Shown here piece after piece: positions 52,841 through 63,114 of a stretch of 64,000 bases of DNA. How positions within the stretch are numbered: position 1 is the first letter of the stretch; each line of letters opens with the position of its first letter. Below the pieces are notes generated by a model, which made no database searches, had not been told where the DNA came from, and worked only from the letters and a program-made list of their open reading frames with translations. The position numbers and the translations under genes are program-made. Location: the NCBI GenBank assembly GCA_963662545.2, contig CAXXLL010000002.1, positions 2,496,001-2,560,000 of the forward strand. The letters are read 5' to 3'. The DNA comes from Gammaproteobacteria bacterium (GTDB lineage: Bacteria > Pseudomonadota > Gammaproteobacteria > Ga0077536).

Positions 52841-53279
52841 CGACCGCTTACGAGGGCATTGCAGACGTAATCTGGAGCTGTGCTGTACTGCCGCGATTAG
52901 CCGGCTAAAGACCCATTGCAGTCCTTGGAGCTGACGTTTTCAGACGAGCGCTTTGGCCGCAATCCGTTACAAACTACGGTATCGAGCCGTCCGATAGCGC
53001 GGCGAGCCAAAAGCGGCGGCCAATATGTAAAGTATAAAAGCCGACGGCAATCCGACGCATTCTCGGCGTTCTCGGAAAACGTGCAGCACGTACGTCGCTG
53101 CGCGCTGACCCTTCGGCCCGCGCACCCCCACAGGCAAAGGTGCCCGGCCTCAACGATTGAGGCGGGCTTAAGTAAAGCATCGATGCACGACCGCTTGAGC
53201 AGACGGCCGCGGCCTCACTTGTTCACCCAGAGTTTATGGGGGCAGCGTCTATCTGACGCGATGACTAAACGATGCAATG

Positions 53280-54329
53280 CTAGTTTCTAAAATGCGGCAT
53301 GACTTCATCAGCAAAGAGTTTCATGCACGCCTCGGCCTTCTTCGGGTCCATGCCGGCTAACTGCATCCAGATCACCAAATGGGTCACCCGGCTTGCCTTT
53401 TGATACCGCTCGATCTCCGTGATTGCATCCTCCGGCGTACCGATCACGAGTGGGGCCTCGAAAAACGTTAGTCCGGGGGTATCACGAAGCTTCTCGGGCG
53501 GCGGCATGCTCGATACCGACATTGTTTCTTGAAACCATTTGACATCCGCCGCCTCCTTCAACCACTTGTCGTAGGTTTCCATCATGTAGTGGGCATGATA
53601 TTGGGTGTCATCCCACGCTTGATCCCGCGTCGGTGCGACATAGAACAATCGCAACTGGCTGACGCCATAGTCCGCCGGGTCCTTGCCTTCTTTGGCCAGG
53701 GCATCGTCGAAATACTGCTGCAGATTCTCACCACCGGTCCCCGCTACATTGAGCCCGAAACGCGCCGCCCGCGCCGCCGCCCGCTTGCTCATGGCGGCCC
53801 CCCAAATCGGGGGGTGGGGTTGCTGGATTGGTCGGGGCATCAAAGTGACATTTTCCAAGTTGTAGTGCTTGCCGGAGAAGGAGAATGTCTCCTGAGTCCA
53901 GGCACGATGGATGATTTCGAGCGACTCATCCATGCGTTCGGCCCTTTCTCCACGCGAGATCCCGAATCCCTTGTATTCAGGGACCCTGTAGCCCAGGCCC
54001 AAACCGAGATCGAACCTGCCGTTGGATAGGATGTCGACCGTCGTCGCATCTTCGACGACCTGAACCGGATGCTTGCCTAGCGGCAGCAGCAGTACGAACG
54101 TCCCGATACGTATCGTCTTGGTACGTTGTGCCATTGCCGCTGCAATGGGAAATAACGATGGCGACCACCCATCCTCGCAAAAATGATGTTCCGATAACCA
54201 AATCTCATCGTACCCAACGGATTCCGCCACCTTCGCCAGGCGCATTTGGGATTCATAGAATTTGTTCCAGGGCATCTGCCATTGCGGCGGGTTTCTAAAT
54301 GGGAAAAACAAACCGAAACTTAGACTCAT
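53280..54329 (-). CDS. LLM class flavin-dependent oxidoreductase
   Basis: WLSEHHF, IRIGT, VDILSNGRFDLGLGLGY and PRPIQQPHPPIW motifs. Confidence 0.92.
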   Translation of the reverse strand: MSLSFGLFFPFRNPPQWQMPWNKFYESQMRLAKVAESVGYDEIWLSEHHFCEDGWSPSLFPIAAAMAQRTKTIRIGTFVLLLPLGKHPVQVVEDATTVDILSNGRFDLGLGLGYRVPEYKGFGISRGERAERMDESLEIIHRAWTQETFSFSGKHYNLENVTLMPRPIQQPHPPIWGAAMSKRAAARAARFGLNVAGTGGENLQQYFDDALAKEGKDPADYGVSQLRLFYVAPTRDQAWDDTQYHAHYMMETYDKWLKEAADVKWFQETMSVSSMPPPEKLRDTPGLTFFEAPLVIGTPEDAITEIERYQKASRVTHLVIWMQLAGMDPKKAEACMKLFADEVMPHFRN

Positions 54330-54371
54330 TTTTATTTACCTCCTGAATTACAAGGCCCAAATCAACTGACC

Positions 54372-55566
54372 TGTGGGTGGCGAATTCCAATTTTGAACAG
54401 AAAGAGTGCAATTTCCTAGTCTTGTCAGCGTCGCCTAGCTGGATACGATAATGGGATGCGAGAAGGGATTTTCCTGCTCATCCATCTCATGGTGACGATC
54501 GCCAAATTACTAGGTCCGGGCGGCGTCCGATCGGTGGTCGCCGAATCGCTCCTGGTCAAACACCAATTGCTGATTCTCAATCGCTCGCGCGAGCGCGCGC
54601 CGAACCTGCGCGCCATGGACCGAGTCATAGCTGGACTCTGTGCTTGCTTCATGCGCCCAGCCCGGGTCGTGCGTTCTGGTATCGTGCTAAAACCCTCCAC
54701 AATCATGAGCTTTCACCGACCCTCGTGAAGCGGAAATATCGATTACTGTTCACGCCTAAACACCGTGGAAAGCCGGGTCCGAAAGGACCGTCTCCCGAAT
54801 TAATTTCCGCTATCGTTGAGATGAAACGGAGGAATCCGCGTTTTGGCTGCCGGCGCATCGCACAGCAGATTTCGTTTGTCTTCGGAATCAAGATCGACAA
54901 AGACGTCGTGCGCCGCGTACTGGCCAAACACTACCACCTCGGGCCTGGTTCTGGTGGTCCGAGCTGGCTGACGCTCCTCGGGCACACTAAGGACAGCCTC
55001 TGGAGCGTCGACCTGTTTCGGTGCGATTCGTTGATCCTCAAAACCCACTGGGTGATGGTCGTCATGGACCAATTCACTCGGCGAATTATCGGTATCGCCG
55101 TAAATGCAGGCGTGCTCGATGGACCCACGGTCTGCCGTCTATTCAACGAAGCGATCGCCGGATCAGGATCTCTACCCCACTATCTCAGCAGTGACAACGA
55201 TCCGTTGTTTGAATTCCATCACTGGAAGGCGAACTTTCGGGTCCTTGAAATAGCGGAAGTAAAGACCGTCCCATACGTCCCCTTATCTCATCCCTTTGTC
55301 GAACGTTTGATCGGCACCATCCGTCGGGAGTTTCTCGATTTCGTGCCTTTCTGGAATGCCCATGATCTGCGGCAGAAGCTCCATGATTTTCACGAATACT
55401 ACAATTGTTCGCGCGTTCACCGTTCCCGGGACGGCTTCACACCGGATGTTCCGGCCTCGACTAAGAAACATCGGATCGCTCGGCTGGACGATTATCGATG
55501 GGAAAACCATTGTGGTGGCCTATATCAGCTGCCCGCGGCGGCGTGACTGTTAATTCGCCACCGACA
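54372..55566 (+). mobile_element. IS481/IS3-like DDE element A
   Basis: TIRs TGTGGGTGGCGAATT / AATTCGCCACCGACA; TGT..ACA termini. Confidence 0.8.
54456..55546 (+). pseudogene. Integrase-core (rve) transposase, frameshifted near 54720
   Basis: ORFs 54456-54728 and 54644-55546 together align with the single ORF 60518-61606. Confidence 0.82.
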
Positions 55567-55568
55567 GG

Positions 55569-55882
55569 TCGATATCCTTTGCGTGAAGCTCGCCCAGGAA
55601 GCCTACCAGGTGCTGCAGGCTGCGACCGAGCCTGTCGATGCTCCATGCCATCACGACGTCGATTTCGCGCCGTGTAGCGGCTTTGAGAAGCGCATCGAAC
55701 GCGGGGCGCTTGTCTCGGCCCTTGGCGCCTGAGACCCCTTCGTCAACGAACTCGGCAACGACTTCCCAGCCGCAACGCTCGGCAACCTGGCGCAGTTCGC
55801 GGAGTTGGTTCTCGGTGGTCTGATCGTCGGTGGAAACGCGCGCGTAGATGACGGCGCGCTTGATAGACTTGTTGGTAGCCAT
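55569..55882 (-). pseudogene. Serine resolvase/recombinase, truncated by element A
   Basis: YARVSTDDQ catalytic Ser, DEGVSGAK, SIDRLGRS; RBS AGGAG; cut at the element end. Confidence 0.88.
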
Positions 55883-56034
55883 GGTCAACTCCTATACAGT
55901 TGATGGTGGTTAGGGCCGTGTGGGTGTTGACGCACTCACGCGGCCTGTCTTTTCAAAGTAGCCCGTCTTGACCCGTTGTTCAAGAAACGAGCGTTTCCCC
56001 CGACGAGCGGCCCCTAGCGCAGCGCCATACCGCC

Positions 56035-56470
56035 ATGACCTGGGCGCAACGCCTCAAGCGGGTCTTCAACATCGACATCACCACCTGCCAGGCCTGTGAC
56101 GGCACCCTGAAGGTCATTGCCTGCATCGAAGACCCCCACGTCATCCGCAAGATCCTCGACCACCTGGACAGGCTCGCACCAACAACCGACCCCAACTCAT
56201 TACCCGAACCCCGAGCGCCCCCCCCAGCCGGGCCTGTTCGACACGCTCTGACCGTCCCGCTCTTCCCCGCACTGATGACCTTCCCAGACCCGGCAGAGTT
56301 TCGTTCGTCCGGGACCAGGAAAATGACCCACACCCCTCGCTCAACCACCACAACGTTCGCCAAATACAGCCCACATCCGGCAAGTTTTGCTCCACCTGCC
56401 CAGACCAACCAATACCAGTCAGCCCTTGGCAGGCTTGTCCTTCATCGGAATGTGGCTTTATGCTTCTATA
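56035..56470 (+). mobile_element. IS91/ISCR-family remnant (transposase C-terminus plus oriIS-like end)
   Basis: MTWAQRLKRVFNIDITTCQACDGTLKVIACIEDPHVIRKILDHL...RAPP; GGCTTTATGCTTCTATAT near 56454-56471. Confidence 0.78.
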
Positions 56471-56521
56471 TGCGCAGTACGCCATGTTCTGTCACTGCGC
56501 TAGAAGCCGCTAATCTCGCGG

Positions 56522-58561
56522 TCAGATCTCGCGCCCCAGCTGCTCTCCCTCGTAAATAATCGCAGCCAGCTTGCGTGGCGCGACCACATCTCCGACTCGG
56601 TGGACTTCTGGGAAGCTACCCCGAATTTCCTGAAACAGGGCATCGTTCGGAGTCCGCAGCATAGAGAGAATAACGCTATCGACGGCGGCGATCGTGCGGG
56701 CCTGCCCGCCCCAGATGTTGTAGGTTTCGACCGTGTTCCCATCTACTTTCTCAATGTGATGCTGGGCCGTGAGCCGCACCCCGGCTTGAATGAGCTTGGG
56801 GTAGAGCACAGGCATGTCTCCAGTGCTGAAAGTGTCTTCACCGACAAACATGTGCGGAGAAATAACCTCGACCTCCGCGCCGCCTTGTGTGGCGAGTATC
56901 TCGGCGAGCCCGAGGGGCAGGTAGCTTGCGGTCTCGTCAACAATAATCACCCGCTTACCGAGTGCGGTGGGGTCTTCGAGGGCGCGGCGGGTGGCGGTCT
57001 CGACGTCCAGAACATGCTCCTGATCGGATCCAGGAATGCTCGCACGCTCGGACCGATACGGACTGAAACCACCGCCTGAGTCATACGTCGAGCCAGTGGC
57101 GCAGACAATGGCGTCGGCCTTTTCGTTTTCGAGCAAGCCTTTAGTCGCCGCCGTGCCGCACCGCACGATGACTCCGGCGGCTCCCATCTCATGCGTCAGA
57201 TTATCAATCGCGCTTTGCCACTCGGCGCGAGTGGGTAGCCGTTTATGCAGATTGAGATGTCCCCCGAGTTCGTCTTCTTTTTCGATCAGGGTCACGTGAT
57301 GGCCGCGCCTGGCTGCTATGGCCGCCGTCTTCATGCCCGCAGGTCCGCCACCGACGATGACGATCTTTTTTGCTTCGTTTTCAGCGACCGATTTGAGCGT
57401 TCCGTCTCCCCATTGGCGCTCGCGTCCAACCGTGGGATTCATCAGACAGATCACTTCGCGATTGTTGAAAAGACGGTTCACACACTCGTTTGCCCCGACA
57501 CATCTGATGATTTCCTTTTCTCGGCCCTCACGTGCTTTTGTCACGAGAAACGGGTCAGCCATTTGCGCGCGTGTCATCGCTACCATGTCGGCGGCCCCGT
57601 CGCTAAGGATCTGCTCTGCCATCGCGAGGTCGAGAATGCGGCCCACAATAAAAACCTTCGCGCGGTCGCCCACGATTTCTTTGGCGCGCTTGCCAAAAGG
57701 AACCAGAACGCCTTCTGGCCCACTACCCATGGGCGGGGCAACTCGATGTGGGGTTTGATAACCACCGCCTGAAATGTTGAAGAAATCGAATAAGCCGCTT
57801 GCAGCGAGGATCTCGGTCTGCTCCTCAGCTTGTTCCTGTGTGATCCCGGCCTCGCCTATGAATTCATCAAACGACAAGCGAATACCCAGCGTGAAGTCGG
57901 TGCCCACTTGCTGCCTGATACGCTCGCCAATCTCGAGCGCGAGCTGGCAGCGCTTTTGAACCGACCCGCCGTACCGGTCCGTTCGTTTATTGTAGGCCGG
58001 ACTGAGAAACTGCCCGATCAGATAGCCGTGCGCACCATGGATCTCGATTCCATCGAGGCCGGCGACTTTCACGTTCAGCGCCGACTCGCCGAAACCGGTG
58101 ACCAGGTCATCGATGTGCGCTTGCTCCATCTGCAGAGGGATCTCTCTTCTCAGCACCGAGGGGATAGGCGACGCCGCCCACAACGGATGCCATTCGTCGA
58201 TGAGCATCGTCCCTTGATCGTGAACGCCGGCAGCATAGAGTTGGACAAATTGTTTCGCACCGTATGCGTGCACCGCCTCTGCCAGCTTCGCGTACTGGGG
58301 AATGGCGCGTTTTTCCCAAGCCGTACACCCCATGTGGAACGATCCCTTGCTAAGGCGATGGCCGGCTTGCTGCTCAGTGATGAGCAGTGCGACACCCCCC
58401 TTGGCTCGTTCGCGGTAGTAGGCGATATGACGATCACTGAGAATGTGATCTTCTGCATACAGAACCGTTTGCGCGGTCATCATGATTCGGTGCTTGACCG
58501 TGGTATGACCGATGGTGAGAGGGCTCCACACGTGAGGCAATTCGGATAATGAGTCGCTCAT
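56522..58561 (-). CDS. Old-yellow-enzyme family flavo/Fe-S oxidoreductase (TMADH / FadH-like)
   Basis: RAKGGVALLI, EIHGAHGYLIGQFLSP..NKRTDRYGG, CVGANEC..C, IVGGGPAG. Confidence 0.9.
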   Translation of the reverse strand: MSDSLSELPHVWSPLTIGHTTVKHRIMMTAQTVLYAEDHILSDRHIAYYRERAKGGVALLITEQQAGHRLSKGSFHMGCTAWEKRAIPQYAKLAEAVHAYGAKQFVQLYAAGVHDQGTMLIDEWHPLWAASPIPSVLRREIPLQMEQAHIDDLVTGFGESALNVKVAGLDGIEIHGAHGYLIGQFLSPAYNKRTDRYGGSVQKRCQLALEIGERIRQQVGTDFTLGIRLSFDEFIGEAGITQEQAEEQTEILAASGLFDFFNISGGGYQTPHRVAPPMGSGPEGVLVPFGKRAKEIVGDRAKVFIVGRILDLAMAEQILSDGAADMVAMTRAQMADPFLVTKAREGREKEIIRCVGANECVNRLFNNREVICLMNPTVGRERQWGDGTLKSVAENEAKKIVIVGGGPAGMKTAAIAARRGHHVTLIEKEDELGGHLNLHKRLPTRAEWQSAIDNLTHEMGAAGVIVRCGTAATKGLLENEKADAIVCATGSTYDSGGGFSPYRSERASIPGSDQEHVLDVETATRRALEDPTALGKRVIIVDETASYLPLGLAEILATQGGAEVEVISPHMFVGEDTFSTGDMPVLYPKLIQAGVRLTAQHHIEKVDGNTVETYNIWGGQARTIAAVDSVILSMLRTPNDALFQEIRGSFPEVHRVGDVVAPRKLAAIIYEGEQLGREI

Positions 58562-58822
58562 GGTTACTCCGTTCGCAGCGTACAATTTACCGCCAGGCTT
58601 GTTCTGTTATAGCCCATTATTGTCTTTTGTCGTTTCCTCTGCCTCGCAAGTCACAAAGACTCCGTTGAGATTGTCCAGCGGGCTCCCGAATCGGGCTATA
58701 TATAGACTTGGCACAACGCAAAAAATGCGAAACTGGAGGGCGCAGGTATATTGAGGACAAGGACAGTTGGGGGGCAGTCGCATCGATTGCGTCACTTGTG
58801 CCGTCACGCGGAGGAAAAAAGG

Positions 58823-59563
58823 ATGGGAATTCCAAGACTGATTTATATTTATCAATCGCCCTGGTCAGAACGCGCGCGCTGGGGATTTGAGTTCAAAAAG
58901 GTGCCCTATGAGCGAGTAGATTACCAAGTTGGGACGGGCGAAGACGAGTTGAACCAGCAGACCGGTCAAGTCCAGGTTCCCGTCCTCGATATCGGAGAGA
59001 CCTGGCTCTCGGATTCGACCGCGATTCTCAACTGGTTGGAAGACCGCTTTCCGCAGCCAGCGCTCATGCCCCAGTCGGATGCCGAAAGAGCCGAAGTGAT
59101 GCTGTGGGAAGAATTGATGGATGGGGTGCTCGGACCGCAAGCACGAGTGCTTATCACCGGCCGCCTTTTGGCATCGACGGATTCTCAAGTCCAACAACTG
59201 GGTGAGTTCCTGAAGCAGAAATATCACTACTCGGCAGGCTACGCAGAAGAGCATGCCCGCGCCACGGTCAAGCGCTGCCTTACGATTCTTACCCACACGC
59301 TGGCCGAACGACGCTACTTGGTGGGCGACACGTTTACTCGCGCGGACTTAACGGCCGCCTGCATGCTCGCTCTAGTCAACCCACCGCCAGATGATCTGTT
59401 TTTTGTGGCGTCTGCTGACGGTGACGATCAAGACGGCAATATTGGCGCTAAGCTGCGCACGCTATGGGTCGACAGAACAGCTCGCGAGCCCGACTACGCA
59501 GCGCTCTTTGCCTGGCGAGATGCAATCTATCGAGAACATCGGGGCGGGCAGGTGAAGCCCTAG
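58823..59563 (+). CDS. Glutathione S-transferase family protein
   Basis: SPWSERARW, QVPVL, DSTAILNWLE and YLVGDTFTRADL motifs. Confidence 0.88.
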   Translation: MGIPRLIYIYQSPWSERARWGFEFKKVPYERVDYQVGTGEDELNQQTGQVQVPVLDIGETWLSDSTAILNWLEDRFPQPALMPQSDAERAEVMLWEELMDGVLGPQARVLITGRLLASTDSQVQQLGEFLKQKYHYSAGYAEEHARATVKRCLTILTHTLAERRYLVGDTFTRADLTAACMLALVNPPPDDLFFVASADGDDQDGNIGAKLRTLWVDRTAREPDYAALFAWRDAIYREHRGGQVKP

Positions 59564-59623
59564 CCGTGTCTCAACGACAGCGTCTTCGTCGGGAAAGAAC
59601 AAAAAGCGGCATCAGCTGGTGCT

Positions 59624-60379
59624 TCAAAGAAACACGTCGCCGCCGTTTGGACTGAGACATTGGCCATGGAAGTGGCGCGATTCATCGGACGCCAAGAAGA
59701 CATACGCAGGGACGATATCGTCGACTTCTGCAATCCGCTTCTTGGGAATGGAATCGCGGATGACGTCAATCAATTCGGCGGGCGCCTTATCGAGAATAGG
59801 CGTACGCGTGGCGCCGGGGGCGACGCAGTTGGCAGTAACGTTGCGTGCGCCAATCTCGAGCGCGAGCGAGCGCGTGAACGAAACGATGGCACCCTTAGCA
59901 GCCGTGTAGTGTGTGAGTCCCGGTGCACCTTTGTACGCGAGTTGTGAGGCGGTGTTGATAATGCGCCCGTAATCCTGGTCGTACATCATCGGCAGGATGC
60001 GCCGCGTGGTGAGAAACACGCTCCTCAAGTGTACCGCCAGCATTCGATCCCATTGCTCGACTGGAATTTCCTCGACAGGCGCAATGTGCACGATGCCCGC
60101 GTTGTTGATCAAAATGTCGATGCCGCCAATGGCGTCGACCGCCTGGTCGATGAGGTTATCGACGTGATCCTCTCGCGAAACATCCGCCATGACAGCCAGC
60201 GCCCGCCGCCCGCGCGATTCGATGGCTGCAACGACAGCCAGGGCATTAACGCGCTGTTGATCGTCGGGGTAATTCACTATGACGTCCGCCCCTTCGTCAG
60301 CGAAGGCGAGCGCCACGCCTGCGCCGATCCCGGAGCTACTGCCAGTGATCAAGGCTCGTCTGCCAGTCAATTTTTCCAT
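59624..60379 (-). CDS. Short-chain dehydrogenase/reductase
   Basis: ITGSSSGIG, NNAG, YTAAK; start MEKLTG (longer ORF reads out of element B). Confidence 0.92.
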   Translation of the reverse strand: MEKLTGRRALITGSSSGIGAGVALAFADEGADVIVNYPDDQQRVNALAVVAAIESRGRRALAVMADVSREDHVDNLIDQAVDAIGGIDILINNAGIVHIAPVEEIPVEQWDRMLAVHLRSVFLTTRRILPMMYDQDYGRIINTASQLAYKGAPGLTHYTAAKGAIVSFTRSLALEIGARNVTANCVAPGATRTPILDKAPAELIDVIRDSIPKKRIAEVDDIVPAYVFLASDESRHFHGQCLSPNGGDVFL

Positions 60380-60429
60380 TGCGAGGACCCCGTATTTCTT
60401 GCCTGAAGTTGGTAGCGAGGCCGCGTACC

Positions 60430-61626
60430 TGTCTGTGGCGAATTCGTAATTTTCACCTGAAAACGATAACTGAGACAGTCTTGTTCCAGACGGCAACCTT
60501 TCCTAACCTCCCTGGCCATGAAGGACCTGTTAGTACTCGTCGCACATTTATTTACTACCATCGCCAAACTCCTGGGACCCGGTGGTGCGAAGGCCGTCGT
60601 CGCCGACAGCCTCCTCATGAAGCAGCAACTCCTGGTCATCAATCGTTCTCGGCGACGCGCACCCAATCTCTCGGTATTTGATCGATTCTTGGTCGGCTTC
60701 TGGCCATTGTTTCTCAGTCCACGCCGTATTCAGCGGGCTGCCGTGATTATCAGACCATCGACACTTCTGAAATTTCACGACATCCTCAAGAAGCGAAAGT
60801 ATCGACTCCTGTTTTCATCGGGCAGAAAAGGAAAGCCAGGTCCCAAGGGCCCATCACCGGAACTCATCCAAGCTATCGTTGAACTGAAACAACGTAACCC
60901 GCGCTTTGGCTGCCGCCGGATCGCCCAGCAGATCGCCAACACGTTCGGGATCGATATCGACAAGGACCTTGTAAGGCGTGTCCTCGCCAAATACTACCGC
61001 CCAATGCCCAACGACGGTGGGCCATCCTGGTTGACCTTCCTCGGAAACACCAAGGACAGCCTCTGGAGCATTGATCTGTTTCGGTGTGAATCTATTCTGC
61101 TGAACAGCCACTGGGTGCTCGTGGTGATGGACCAGTTCACCCGTCGCATCATCGGCTTCGGTGTGCAAGCCGGCGATGTCGATGGGTTCGCCCTGTGCCG
61201 CATGTTCAATACAACCATTTCTACCCAGGGTGTTCCGCACTATCTCAGTTCTGACAATGACCCGCTATTCCTGTATCACCGATGGCAAGCCAATTTACAA
61301 ATTCTTGGGGTCGACGAGATTAAGACCGTCCCGTATACGCCGCAATCGCATCCCTTCGTTGAGCGACTGATCGGGACGATCCGTCGCGAATACCTTGACC
61401 ACATCTTCTTCTGGAACACTCAGGATCTTGAGCGAAAACTCGTCGACTTCAGGCAGTACTACAACCGCGAGCGGGTTCATCATTCGCTAGGCGGAGATAC
61501 ACCGGGAATGGCTAGCGGTGATCCCCAGCCTCGACGCGCAAATCTCCGTAACTATTCATGGATATCACACTGCAATGGACTTTTTCAGACTCCCATCGCC
61601 GCATGAATAGGAATTCGCTACCCACA
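60430..61626 (+). mobile_element. IS481/IS3-like DDE element B
   Basis: TIRs TGTCTGTGGCGAATTC / GAATTCGCTACCCACA. Confidence 0.8.
60518..61606 (+). CDS. Integrase-core (rve) transposase, intact
   Basis: HTH NPRFGCRRIA; DDE: WSIDLF, SSDND, VERLIGTIRRE; YYNRERVH. Confidence 0.88.
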   Translation: MKDLLVLVAHLFTTIAKLLGPGGAKAVVADSLLMKQQLLVINRSRRRAPNLSVFDRFLVGFWPLFLSPRRIQRAAVIIRPSTLLKFHDILKKRKYRLLFSSGRKGKPGPKGPSPELIQAIVELKQRNPRFGCRRIAQQIANTFGIDIDKDLVRRVLAKYYRPMPNDGGPSWLTFLGNTKDSLWSIDLFRCESILLNSHWVLVVMDQFTRRIIGFGVQAGDVDGFALCRMFNTTISTQGVPHYLSSDNDPLFLYHRWQANLQILGVDEIKTVPYTPQSHPFVERLIGTIRREYLDHIFFWNTQDLERKLVDFRQYYNRERVHHSLGGDTPGMASGDPQPRRANLRNYSWISHCNGLFQTPIAA

Positions 61627-61679
61627 CCTCCACACCTTCATTTCTTGCAATAATACGATAGTTCTATAATAATCATATT

Positions 61680-62048
61680 ATGATACGGCACGGGCAACGC
61701 CAGCTGACATCGCAACTCGACGGGGTTTTCTTGGCGTTGTCGGATCCCATCAGGCGCGCGATGCTTGAACGTTTGCATCAGACTGAAATGACTATCGGTG
61801 AATTGGGTGACCCTTTTCCCGTCGGAAAACCGACTATTACGCATCACACACGTGTACTAGAGAGCGCCGGTTTGATTCGAATCAGGCGCGACGGGCGTCG
61901 GCGCTGGTGTGCCATTTCGCGTGATGCTCTGCACGCGGCGAGTGGTTGGTTGGAGTTCTTTTCGGCCTTTTGGTCAGAATCTTTCGATCGACTCGAAGAA
62001 ACTCTTGACCAGGGCGGCCGCGAACCAAATGCGCGATTAAAACGATGA
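61680..62048 (+). CDS. ArsR/SmtB family transcriptional regulator
   Basis: FLALSDPIRRAML and HTRVLESAGLI motifs. Confidence 0.9.
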   Translation: MIRHGQRQLTSQLDGVFLALSDPIRRAMLERLHQTEMTIGELGDPFPVGKPTITHHTRVLESAGLIRIRRDGRRRWCAISRDALHAASGWLEFFSAFWSESFDRLEETLDQGGREPNARLKR

Positions 62049-62464
62049 GCGGGGCAATCGAAATCGAGCGCTCGTTCGATACATCGGCGGAACTTGTGTT
62101 CGAAGCCTGGACGCAGGCCGAACGGCTCACCACATGGCTCGGTCCCGAAGGATTCGTATGCAAGCATGTTGAGTTGGACGTTCGCGTAGGCGGCACGCTC
62201 GCAGTCGACATGCTCTCGCCAGACGGCACGTCGTATCGATTTGTAGGCTCTTATCGAGAGGTATCGCCGCCGGCGCGGCTGGTATTTACGTGGGGCACGC
62301 CTGCGACGGGGGAGACAGTGTGTACTGTGCAGCTTACGTCCAAGGGTCAGCGTACGCACATGCATTTCAAACAGACCAACATCCGGCAAGAAGAGATCGC
62401 GGGTTATCGCACAGGCTGGGAACAATCGATTGCGAAATTGACGCAATCGATTTCGTCCTTATGA
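62045..62464 (+). CDS. SRPBCC (AHSA1) domain protein
   Basis: VFEAWT..LTTWLGP, DVRVGG, PPARLVFTW, GW. Confidence 0.9.
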   Translation: MSGAIEIERSFDTSAELVFEAWTQAERLTTWLGPEGFVCKHVELDVRVGGTLAVDMLSPDGTSYRFVGSYREVSPPARLVFTWGTPATGETVCTVQLTSKGQRTHMHFKQTNIRQEEIAGYRTGWEQSIAKLTQSISSL

Positions 62465-62480
62465 ATGAATGAGGTGAACT

Positions 62481-62918
62481 ATGAATAGAGTATACGGCGC
62501 ACCGCTGAGCGCGGTGGTATGTGCGGGAATCGCGAACTTCGTATTCGGATTCGTTTGGTATGGCGCCTTATTCGGCGAGGCGTGGGGTCGACAAACGGGA
62601 ATTGCTATGGGTGGCGACGGCGGTTCCGTCATGCTCGGTTCGGTCGTTGGGACTATCGCATATAGCTTTTTGTTGGCACTTGGTGTCGCTTACACGTTGG
62701 GACGCGGCGACGAAACGAGCGTTCTTGCCGGATTTAAAACAGCGGTGCTACTCGCATTACTCTTAATCCTTCCCGCGCATGCGTCGAAGTGGGCCTGGCA
62801 GCTAAAGCCAGTGCTTTTCGCTATCGATGCGAGTAAGGACGCTTTGTGTGTGATTATGTCCGGACTCATATTGGGAGCGTGGCCACAGGCCGTGAAGGCG
62901 GATCCCGTCTCCGCTTAA
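62481..62918 (+). CDS. DUF1761 family membrane protein
   Basis: FVFGFVWYGALFGEAW motif, four TM helices. Confidence 0.8.
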   Translation: MNRVYGAPLSAVVCAGIANFVFGFVWYGALFGEAWGRQTGIAMGGDGGSVMLGSVVGTIAYSFLLALGVAYTLGRGDETSVLAGFKTAVLLALLLILPAHASKWAWQLKPVLFAIDASKDALCVIMSGLILGAWPQAVKADPVSA

Positions 62919-63114
62919 CGTCCGTTCGGAGCCGCATGGGACTGGAGCAGCGGGTTCAGGTGCCGGAGTTGATTTATTCCACTATACATAGTGGCTCTGC
63001 CGTCGGAATCGTGAAAAAGCGCGGCACGGTACCGAATCGCAGCGGCCAAATCGGCGCACCTGCCCCTCCTAAATATTCGTCCGAATTGATTTAGGAGGGA
63101 TGTTAAAGTTTCGT

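Noticed and set aside
60380-60496. N-terminal extension of the SDR ORF
   Set aside because: Reads out of element B; the SDR fold starts at MEKLTG
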